From Marsupella aquatica (lineage: Eukaryota > Plantae > Marchantiophyta): a stretch of DNA of 64,000 nucleotides. Each line of letters starts with the position of its first letter. The stretch's first letter is position 1. Below the pieces are notes generated by a model. The model worked only from the letters and a program-made list of their open reading frames with translations, searched no databases and had not been told where the DNA came from. The stretch spans positions 21,064,955 through 21,128,954 of the forward strand of contig OZ316893.1 in NCBI GenBank assembly GCA_973895155.1. The letters are read 5' to 3'. Below, in pieces: positions 13,575 to 24,300 of this stretch. The position numbers were made by a program, and so were the translations under genes.

Positions 13575-14120
13575 CCCGTCTTCCCCAAACACATAGTCGT
13601 GACGTTGTGTTCAAAAATGGAAGTTTTTTGGTCTTCAGAAGAAAAAGTACTCTCAACTTGAACACGTTCCAGTTAAGACAATGCCGTGGCGCAATGTTTG
13701 AGTTGGGCATTCTGTTTGAGTTGGACCCCAAACTGTTTGGCATTTAACACAAATGGTGCAAATTCATGAATGATATATGACAACAACTCCATCGGGAACT
13801 CCATGTACTCCGAGCCTCATCATTGTAGGCCATTTAAAACGGGGAACTGGAATAGTCTTGTTTTGCACTACACATTTGTTCTCTCCCCTTTAGTAATTTC
13901 AGTGTTTGAACTCAAACTATAGTCTCTAACACACATCAGTTTATGCCTCTCATTTTTGTTTACATTCTAAATTCATCTCACTATGCCAAATTTGAACACA
14001 TGCCCAAACTCAAACATAACATCAATTTTTAAACATAGAGATCGAGTGAGAACATCAACACAGCACCCTGGGAGCACTATTCAAATATAGCGCCATGGCG
14101 TTATGCTTGGGGGAAGATGG
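13575..14120. mobile_element. Tc1/mariner(pogo)-type MITE with degenerate long inverted arms
   Basis: TA|CCCGTCTTCCCC ... GGGGAAGATGG|TA. Internal inverted match GTTTGAGTTGGGCAT (~13696) / ATGCCCAAACTCAAAC (~14000). Confidence 0.65.
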
Positions 14121-14359
14121 TAGGTCTAGAGGTTTCTCTTGCCCTCCTCTTTGTAGCAATCAGATCCCTCTCCATACACACTTGTCCTTGTGTGAACACA
14201 TCAATTCATTCAAAGTAGTTTCCAGGTTTGGAATTTGCTGTTCTTTGGCTGTCTAATATATACATTAGTGAACCATCAATCTCAACTAGGGTTTCACCTC
14301 TCATGCTCAACCTTCCCTAGGTTGGCCCTTAACACAAAGTGACAAAGGGCTCTTGATAG

Positions 14360-14600
14360 TGTGACTACCACCTCCTCTTTTGCCCTGTTGCGGTGGCTGG
14401 CCCTTTGTCACTCCTGTCATCCAGGTGAGTGTAGTTTTGGGTCCTTTTTAGGGGGTGGGTTTTGCCTCTTTGGCAGTTGGTTGTTGTGTGCTCTGGCCCC
14501 TTGGGTCGTTGTTCTTTGTTGTCTACTTGTCTTTGCCATCGTGGCCTCTGGAATAAATTGGCACCCCAGTGCCCTTTTCAAAAATAAAATAAAATAAAAC
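14360..14600 (+). mobile_element. Possible LINE/SINE 3' remnant
   Basis: GT-rich stretch ending AATAAATTGGCACC...TTTTC and an A-rich tail (AAAAATAAAATAAAATAAAA). No TSD identified. Confidence 0.3.
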
Positions 14601-15628
14601 CCAAAAAGGGCCTGATTCTTGCTCTCCTGGGTACTGTTTCCCCCATTTTCTCCCCTTAGAAATACTCCTGGATAATCTAAGTACAACTAGAATGAGTTTA
14701 TGTAATGTTTTGGATTGTGTTTAACATGACAATTTTCATTGTGAGTCTATCCCATCACCTTGTCAAAACTTTTACAGCTATCCCTGCTTTTCTTCCCATA
14801 AAGTCCTACTGCAAATTTCATACTCAAACTAAAATCTGATTGGCAATCATCAAAACCAACCTACGGTTTGGTGTTGTCCCCTCATGATGTCTGACCTGAC
14901 CAGGGCAGCGGCAGAGTACGGTTACTCTAGTGACTAATAAAGTTTCGGCCAGGGCATATGTATTAATTAGCCCACCTGCCCCTGACAAGGAGTCAAGTCA
15001 CCCTCCGTTAGTCCGTTCAGTTGCTGATTCGTTCAGCTGGTTGGGGCTATGTACAGCATTTTTTTAAATCTTAGACGAACCTGTGTCTCAGAATTAAAAT
15101 ATCTAAGATCATGTGCCCTTCATAACTTTTGTTCCTAGTATTTTTGCTTTAGTGCTTTTGCTTTTGGCTTTTTGTTGGTCAGTTCCTTTTCTTTCCGAAG
15201 GTTAGTTCAGATCATCAAGTTCGACTTCAAGTTTGGCCCTGTCAGACAAAAAGTCATGTCATCCTGTTACAAAATGAGGAAAAAACGAGAGCCAATCTTG
15301 GCCCTTCGTGACAAATTGATTTTTTGATATCGTCAGATCTACCCAGACTTTGCTCCCATCTCAAATGTCTGCCAAAGTTGCCCAATATGCGCCCACACTT
15401 GGCCAAAATGAGAATTAAAAAGAATTGTAAATTTCAAAAAGTTTGAATGTATAGGAAAACTACATGATTTATTTGTTTATTTAAAAACTAAAACAGAACA
15501 AAATTAAAACAAAAAAAGTCCCTCCTCTCACATGACTATGCATGGACTCCCCTATGCAGTGGCTCCCATCGCCAATTGCCCATCCACGGCAACAACAACC
15601 ATGGCCAAATATAGCATTTATACAACAA

Positions 15629-15975
15629 CAAGCTCAATACTTGTGCGTTGCACAAAAGAAGTCGTGTCGGCCAAGATGTCGTTGAGAAAAAAGAGATGTC
15701 GTGTCAGCCAAGAGGTTGTGGAGAGAAAAAATGTCATGTTGGCCAAGAGGTGGTTGAGAGAAAAAACGTCATTGAGAAAAAAAGATGTCATGTTGGCCAA
15801 GAGGTCGTTGAAAAAATAGTTGTCATGTCGGCCAAGATGTCGTTGAAAAACAAATGTCGTGTCGGCAAAGACATCATTGAGAGAAAATATGTCGTGTCGG
15901 CCAAGACATCGTTGAGGGAAATTACCCATGCATTGTACAAAAGATGTTGTTAAGAAAAAAAATGTTCTGTCGCCC
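15629..15975 (-). mobile_element. Helitron-like 3' end with ~38-bp minisatellite
   Basis: Perfect hairpin TTGTGC-GTT-GCACAA at 15641-15655, then a minus-strand CTTG|T end at 15629. The minus strand reads GACTTCTTTTGTGCAACGCACAAGTATTGAGCTTGT, homologous to the 3094-3128 terminus. Repeats GTCGGCCAAGATGTCGTTGAGAAAAAA at 15661-15970. Confidence 0.6.
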
Positions 15976-16010
15976 AAAATATCATTAAAATAAGGATATC
16001 ATGGCGCCCT

Positions 16011-19000
16011 CTATCCGTTATCACCAACGGCACCTCTATCCATAATATTTTGTTCTTTGGCACCTGACTTAAACCCATACATTGCAAAATTTGCAAACTG
16101 CCAACTTTGAGTGATAGTGTTAAACCCAGGATCTAGCTCCCAAGTCTTAGTGGTCTGAAAGCAACGTTCATATCGAACATCATCATTTGCATCATGCTTA
16201 CCATGTTTAGGCCTCCACCATTGCACTTGGAACATAGGAGCATACCGCTTAGGAATGCTACTTAGGTGAATGCTCTTAGAAAACCTTGAAGAAACCCTTC
16301 ACTAAATTGCAAATCTAGTGAAGAAACCTCATGGTTTGGATCCACACCACCCAAAGCTCGAACTAACCAGAAACGCCCTTTGCCATTTTTTTGCTCCCAT
16401 TCATCCTCTGGACGTAAAAACACAAAGTGACCCTCTTGAATATCTTGTAGGGGAATCCAACGTGCAAGTTCTCGCTCTTCTCGTGCACCAACGAAGGGTG
16501 CAGCTTGACCTTCCATCTCTTCCATGTACTCATTTTGAAGGTCCATCATCTCTGAATTTTGAGTAGGTTCACTTGAAGGTTGAGAGGTCCCCAAAATCAC
16601 CTTGTAACCTGTGCCATGGTTAGTCTTTGGCCAGAAATCAGTTGTCAATGACAATTGTCTTTCTCCCTCCCCTTCTATTGTAAGTGCCTCAGAGAGTGCC
16701 ATAACAAGCCTCTCCCAATATTTCACCAAAGGAAATCTCTTGCGGTATGCTGCAGAGGTCTCATCCTTGCAACTTTTCCTCAAGAAATCAATGTAACGAT
16801 TAAGGAATGGGATGATTTCCTCGGCTTTCTTTTGTACCTCCCCCGATATAGGTTTTGCAAATGGTTGGCCCTCCGGTAAAATGAGCGTGTTTGTGATGAG
16901 ATCAGTTCTCCAAATTGACCTCCCTGTTGCTGGAAGCCAAGGTTGTTTGACATGTGCTTTATATTGATACACTGGCACATTATCCCTCATGGAGAATAGA
17001 AATGCCACTGGTTTTGAGTGACCTTCAATGTCTTTCACTTGGAAAGCCTTCAAATAGTGCTTGTAAGATGCAACCTCCTGAATCAATCGTGGTACGGGAT
17101 GGATGCTTTCACACTCCCAAACCTCAGCCATCAACGCAAGGAGGGTAGCAACCTCTTTGTACCTGACCTGTTTGGATACTTGAGAAAATAGTGCATCCAC
17201 ATCCTCATGGGTGTGGCCAACCATGAGGAATGACATTTGCAGAGTTTCAAACACCCCCTGCTAACAAGCTCGCTGCAAAATGCCATCACATATTGATTTT
17301 TATTATCTTTTCCTGAATTGTCCATCTGCAGTGTTAGGTGCCTTGGTAAGGGCTTGAAAGAGCTCGTAGTCTCAGGATCAACTCTAGAACCAACATCTGT
17401 TGTGCTGGTTTTTTGGCTCTCCTGACTGTCATCAAGGCCTTGAAACTTGAGAATTGAAACATTTTTGGGTTCCAAGTAACCCGCTTGAAATGCTTCAAAG
17501 TCCAAAAGAGACTGAAATATTGGCCTAGTTGCGTTCCAATTGAAAGCTTCAAGCATGTCTCCCGTTTTGTCTCCAGTGTAATCCTCCAAATCTTGAAGGC
17601 ATTTGGCCAAAGATGTCACAGTGAAGTCTGCATCTCCAGGCCAAAGGCCAGTCAAACTAAAGTGTGCATACACTCCTGGATCCCTTCCATGGGTTAACAT
17701 CCCAGTAAGGGCAATGGGCAGAGGTTGACCACTACCAGAGAGAGATTTTGGAGTGGGGACCAATCTGGGGATCCAAGTCTTGGCTTGGTCCATCTTATCA
17801 TGAATAATGCAAAGATAGTTTTGAGGATCCTTCTTTGCAAGAACCCTATGAGCATAGTAAACATATCTCCTTGACATTTGTTCACGAAGATGTCGTGCTC
17901 TTTTCTCTTCAATCTCTGCACGCTCGTTTTTTCTCTTCTCCCGCATCAATTGACCTTTGAACTCAGTGCAAAATGTGCACTTGGCAAATGCACTGCCCTT
18001 GTGAAAGTCAAAATTATAAAAAGAATTTTTCCAGATGTTGTACATGGTAACTTCAGTAACCTTAGCATAGCCGTCCAATTCCATCTTTGCAAATACCTCT
18101 TGAAAAATCTCCTTCTTAGTGAAACATGATGGGAGTCGATATTCGACAATATCGGTGCCGTTGGACCCACCATAGGGAAGATGTGGCATTGGTTCTCCAT
18201 TTTGGATTAAAATGGACTCCAACAATGCACGAGCATGCAAGGTGCTTGATCGTGTCTTATGTTGCCCTTGATTTCCATGGAAACCAATTGTGCACCCAGC
18301 TTCGTACTGATTTTTGTAATCATAATACTTTGCCGTACTAAACCCATGCATTTTTATGAACGCATCCTTACAAACCACACGTCCCTTTAGAACAAAAAAT
18401 CCTTTTCTCTTGACTTGGTCTTCTCTACACCCAAAAAGATTGAAGATATGACTTGTTTTGTTGTCACTTGACATTCCATGGAATTCCCTCCTCATTGCCT
18501 CCAAGTCCTCTCTTGGCATGTTCAAGCAACACTTTAACCTGCAACAACCTTCTCTTTGGATGGAATCAATGGACTCCTCGGTGATTTTCAAAAGCGCCCT
18601 TGATTGCAAATGTTTTTTTTTCTCCTCCAGATCCACTTTGGTCCTTCTAATGAAATTATAAGGTCTTTTTGGAGGTTTCCCATCACCATCCAAATCCGGG
18701 TCGCTCTCATTTCGACCCGATTCTATCCACACATGTGAACCTTTCTCAAGGATATCCCCGAGAAACATTTGAGATGAAATCAACAACAAAGATTTGATTT
18801 CCCACCTCACCAAACCTGGAGTACCAGCACGGATATTTGGAAATAATGCGGGATCGTTGATATTCACAACAGCTACACCCACATGCTCTGGACCAAGAAG
18901 TTCATCATCAACAGCACCTGCTTCAAAAGGAACTGTGATAACCCCTATCGCAACCTTACGACAACGAGAAACATCATACAAGTCAACTTCCTCTGCCATC

Positions 19001-19689
19001 CAGTTGGAACGCATTGTAAAATCTTTCAATGGAAGATCCTTAAACAGGTTTGCACCAACAAACATGCCAGAACCTCGAATAGAGCCTTTTCTTGAAACAT
19101 CAGCAACATCCCACATTACCCAAGTCTGCATTGCCTCTTGCACTGTGTCAGCTCCAGGATGCGGATACGGTAATTTTCTATTTCCCTGAACAAGCTCTGA
19201 TATTTGTATACTGACATGGCCAACACCGAGTCGTTCACTATGACAAGTGTCCATTGGATTGGTATTGAAGACAACTCCTTTTGATACAAGTTGATCTAAA
19301 ATGAACATCTCAACCTCCTCTCCTTCAGCAAGGTTGCCTCCTTTACCACCAACATCCATTTCGGAACATCCTTCATCCCCGTCCACTGGAGTAGGAACAC
19401 CATCCACAACGGTTCTTTTCGGCAATGTTGAAGACCTCAAATATGCCAAGGAAGAATCCCAGATCACACACGAGTCAACTGCATCACCTAGGCTCAATGA
19501 TGTTTTGGATGGAAATGGTAGTGGACAAGATGTTTCAAGACACCTCTCGATAAGGACCCCAATTCGATTTTTCCCAAGACAAATATTGTGTATAGTGTCT
19601 TTGGGATCAACCTTTTGGATGGTCCCAATTGCCACTTCAAAACCATCAATTATCAATGAAACTTCATCCCCTCGCATAAATTTACTCAT
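16011..19689 (-). CDS. DDD transposase, Sola1-like/DUF7869-type (~1200 aa), interrupted by a 1-nt frameshift at ~17254
   Basis: ORFs 17131-19689 and 16262-17254 plus a last exon 16247-16011 (intron 16327-16248, phase 0). Motifs: GCCRLKCC, VCKDAF, FAKCTFC..H, IIHDKMDQ (D1), LQMDNSGKDNKN (D2), FLMVGHTHEDVDALFS (D3). Three N-terminal repeats of a Tnp1/DUF8039-like domain. Confidence 0.85.
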
Positions 19690-19867
19690 GGTAGCGAAAG
19701 GATCTCTGCATCCAAAAACATTTAAAAATTGTTCAGCTGATGTGCATACTGATAAGCACTACTCTAGATATTACAATTTTAGATCTAAACATTTGAATTC
19801 TATTTAAAGGAAAAAAATATTTGGGAGTTTATGTGTATTGGCTTTACACAACAGGATTCTAAGGTCA

Positions 19868-20270
19868 GGGACGCTCTTGGAGCGAGGCAAGGTTGCAACG
19901 CTCTAGGGGGGAGGCGATTGAGGGTCGCTCTAGGGGCGAGGCGATGGAGGGTCGCTCTAGGGGCGAGGCGATGGAGGGTCGCTCTAGAGGCGAGGCGATG
20001 GAGGGTCGCTCTAGAGGCGAGGCAATGGAGGGACGCTCTAGGGGCGAGGTGAATGAGGGTCGCTCTAGGGGCGAGGCAATGGAGAGACGCTCTAGGGGCA
20101 AGGTGAATGAGGGTCACTCTAGGGGCTAGGTGATGGAGGGTCGCTCTAGGGGCGAGGCGGTTGAGGGACGCTCTGATGGCGAGGCAATGGAGAGCGGATG
20201 CCCTTGGAGAAAAGAAAGGGCAGGATGCTCCTGATGAAAGGTAAGTGTATGACGCTCTTGGAGCGAGGCA
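19868..20270. repeat. 27-bp tandem array (~12 clear units plus degenerate ones), each with an imperfect palindrome
   Basis: Unit GGTCGCTCTAGGGGCGAGGCGATGGAG, period 27 (19925, 19952, 19979...). Lies upstream of the transposase ATG, probably in a 5'-UTR intron (minus-strand TGCAG acceptor at 19710-19706). Confidence 0.95.
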
Positions 20271-21325
20271 AGGGGAGAGCAAGAAAAGACGAGCACAATC
20301 CTGGAGAAGCAAGAATTGTGAAGGAAAAGAGAAAATATGGAAATGAATAAATCAGGGGAATGATTAAGCTGAATTAGACCATTGAAGTGTGTAGACGTGT
20401 GGGTAGACGAGTGTGTCGTTAGGAACCCTACATTATCTACTACTTAGTTAGGTCCATATATTAAGATAAAGCTAGGGCCAAATATTTGGTGGATATCATA
20501 GAGAAGAAATTAAGAGAATGGTAGATGAAGTAATACCTCTCTTAAGGACTATAGAAGACGTGTCGCCAACCAAGGACACCAAAACTAATGCAATGTACTT
20601 GAAACAGGACTTTCCTTGCACAAACTCTTGTAACCATAAATGTCCAAGTCAGTCGAATCAATCACCGAACAGAAGCAAGATAGACAAGGGCCGAAGGGCG
20701 AGACCGAGAGTGAGCAATGACCAGAAACGCACGCGCCATACAAAAGAGAGAAATGATTGGAACTGTAGAGCTTTATACCATTTGTGAGCAAGATTTAGCC
20801 AAGTTTGTCCTGAAGGGGTTCACAACATCGAGAGGCCAAAAGTCTGATTACTCTGATTGGCATTCTGTGGACACCCGTACGACCGTGCATCATTTTTCAA
20901 AATCTATGGATACCCGTACAGCTAGGTCATTATGAGGGTTGCGAGTTCACAGGCGCGTGGAAGGGAGCAAGTGGCTGGGTTGCGTAAGGTCGCATACAAT
21001 CGGCCGTGGCTGGGGTCACAGGTAGGATTGGCCGTGGCAGTGAGGGTATAGGAAGGCAAAAGGCAAAGACATTACCTCATTTGCCTCATTGTCTTCTTGC
21101 ATCCATCTCCTCCTTCATTGTCTTCTTGCCCGGCTGCCCTGGTTTCCCTCCTCCCTCTTGCCTCGCTCATAGTAGATTTTCTTGCCTCGCTCTGTTGATT
21201 TTGCCTTGCTCATAGTAGATTTTTTTCCTTGCTCTGTAGCCTCGCTCCGTGGTGTGGTCTAGCTATAGGCGTTCTTGTATACTAGGCTGCCACGTGTCAT
21301 CTAAACGTTTGTGAGGCATTTTTCA

Positions 21326-24300
21326 ATGGCCACTTCCTCTAGTTCTGATGATTCTACTAGCACTTCTAGTTCTGGGCAGTCCCTGAACTTTGATTCTAGT
21401 AAAATCTTTGAGTATGATTCTCAAGACACTTTACTAAAGATGTCGGTGGAATCCGCTTTGGCCGCCTCAAAGGGATTTCATATCACAGTTCCACGTAAGT
21501 ATGATTCAACAATTGATGCAAGTTAGTCTTTGAAAGGTCGCTCTTAGAGCGACCCTATCTTGCCTAAGATTTGTCGTTGTTATTGGTTGGACGTTGATTT
21601 AAGTTTTCCTAGGGTCGCTCCAGGAGCGACCCAACTTTGTTGTTGGTTGGACGTTGATTTAAGTTTTCCTAGGGTCGCTCCAGGAGCGACCCAACTTTGT
21701 TGTGGGTTGGACCTTGATTTAAGTTTTCCTAGGGTCGCTCCAGGAGCGACCCAACTTTGTTGTCGGTTGGACCTTGATTTAAGTTTTCCTAGGGTCACTC
21801 CAGGAGCGACCCAAATTTGTTGTCGGTTGGACCTTGATTTAAGTTTTCCTAGGGTCGCTCCAGGAGCGACCCAAATTTGTTGTTGGTTGGACCTTGATTT
21901 AAGTTTTCCTAGGGTCGCTCCAGGAGCGACCCAACCCACATGTTTGTTGATGCAGACCTTGTCTCCAGCTCGCTCTAGGGTCGAGGCAACACAGAAGATC
22001 TCTTGCTTTAATGTTTGTCGTTTCAATTTGTTTTGCCAGGAGAACAACTTGGATCCCCAGAGTTAAATATTATGGCCGAGGATGACAAGGACTTTATTTT
22101 CCCTGGACAAGATAAGGCAGGATTTTCATGGGCACTTGAAGTAGGGATCATGGAGAATGACTTGTCGATGATTTGTATCAAGGCAATCACTGATGAGACA
22201 ATGAACGACAAGAAGATAGTTGCGTTGGGCCCTGTGGTCCTTGTAAATTGCAGTGATAACCGCAATGTTACAATCATTATTGAATCCAGAGAAAGATCTC
22301 AGTGGATGAGACTTTACTTGTCAATCAAGATGTACTCGTCAATTATCAACGTGGAGTGGATAGCACGCTCGGAGGCTAGTATTTGTTCAATGGGATTTCT
22401 TCCAGATGGGTTCACTGCAGAGGATGTTCTTGAGAGGCATGGAAGATTCAAATTGAGTGGGGTTGATGTTGTCTTTGGATTCCTCTCTGTGAAGCGGTAC
22501 ATGCATGATCATCCGGACATTATAGATCTTCCTAACACATGGGTTGTCCAGAGGATGATTGAAACAACACGCTTTTCATATGAGCAAGCAATTGATAAGA
22601 GTTTTATTTTCTCTGATGAGTTTGACGAAGATGCTTGCATGAAGTGGATTTCAACTCAAAAGAAGAAGGAAGAAAAGCATCGAGGTAAGGGGAAGATGAA
22701 GATGAAGGCCAAAGAAATGACGTTGGCTGAAACACAGAAGAAGAGAAAACAAAGAGAGCCAAGGAGTGAAGGAAGTACTAGAGGAAAAAAGGCGGCGTTG
22801 AAGAAGAAAGATAAGGACTCCGACAAGAAGCCCAAGAAGAAGGCCAAGATTGGAAAATCAAAGCCCGTGTCAGCGTCAAAAGCAAGGTTGGTCTTGGATC
22901 CGGAGGATGATACATGCCCAACAGATGCACCAGAGGAACGAGATGTATTGGAGGGGCAGAAAGCTTTGCGGAACATCGAGCAATACTACACTTTTGGAAT
23001 CAGGGAGGTTTTTGAAATCCCGGTTAAAAGTATTCTTCCGCCTACTGCAGTTTTTGTGTATCGGATGTTCAACCAAGCTCATGCCTTAGAGATAGCAAAA
23101 TCAATGATGAAAAACCCTGGCCAGGAACCACATGTTGCAGATTTGATTCCATTTCTAGAGCGCACTAAGCAGTTGTTACATTTTGACAATACCGCACGCG
23201 ATCGGAAGCAATTTTTGTTTGGTGTTAAGAAGCAAGAGATACAATTTCTTGCAATCAGTGGGCAACATTCCGCAAAGGCTGCACAATGGATTCAAGGGTG
23301 GGCAAACAAGGATGCAAAGCTAACTGATCTTGCTAGCAAACTCCAATATCGGAAAGCGAGGATCTTATCAGACCTCACTCCAAGGGCAATTTTGGTCGAG
23401 CACTCGAGCCTTTCAAATGCAGTAAATCAGACCATGCAGTTTAAGTCTTGTTTTCTAGAGACAGTTGTTCATGCGAGAAGGCAATTTGATGAATGTGGGA
23501 AACCACCGCGTCCAGGAATTGGAACAAACCAAAGTAAAGACAACCAGAAATACCAGGTAAACATTTTCATTAGTTGGAACTGTAGTTTAATTTTGCCTCG
23601 CTCTTAGAGCGACCCAAATGAAATTGAACGATGAATACAATGATTGCCCCAACCATTTTCATATGGCTTTGTCATTTTCTTCGCCTCGCTCTAGGGGCGA
23701 GGCAGAGAAGTTGAAGTTTCTAAGTTTAAACATCTAACATGTTTTTTGGTGGATGAATGTAAATGCAGGATTGGTTTGCCCTCGCAAAGATAACAATGGG
23801 AAAGTCGAGCTTGAAAGCCATTTTTTGGTTGCTCTTTGCTGAGGATAAGCTTTTCCATTTATGGCAAACTGTTTGTTGGGATTGGTTGGTAGGGAAGCTC
23901 CCTGGCGGGGCAGGAGAGTATGGTGGGCCGCGGCCACTAAAGCTGGTCACGCCAACTCTTTTTAGATGTTTTGAAGGGGAGATCAGTTCTAAGGATATCA
24001 TTGATATATTGACCGCGGTTTATGAGAAGAAAGCACTTCTCAAGAAAGATGCCTCCAACAAGATGGATCTGGTGTCAATGCCAGATATGGCTCATACCAT
24101 CAAGGTAATGACTAAATTGAAGCAAGTCATTGTTGAGTACTTTGTTGAGAAGCACAAGGAGAAGTTTCCCGGGGGGACATCGTGGGCTTCGGTGGTCAAC
24201 ATCATGCCGGCCTTGGGATCTCAACTTGAGCTGACAAAATTGCGAAGAGCAGCTGGGGAGGTCTACCTTAGCAGTTTATTAAGGAAGAACATTGTGAAGG

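Noticed and set aside
17245-17265. Programmed -1 ribosomal frameshift in the transposase
   Set aside because: No canonical X XXY YYZ slippery heptamer. A 1-nt loss in a G-run is the simpler explanation.
19800-20312. ORFs with 9-aa repeats (19800-20312, 19831-20052, 19865-20101, 19893-20129)
   Set aside because: By-products of a 27-bp repeat that is open in several frames on both strands.
21577-21934. CRISPR-like array (palindromic repeat at a regular period)
   Set aside because: The intervening sequences are near-identical rather than unique spacers, there are no cas genes, and the array lies inside a spliceosomal intron.
21560-22066. ORFs with 20-aa repeats on both strands
   Set aside because: Translations of the 60-bp array. 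The region is removed by the phase-consistent intron 21495-22039.
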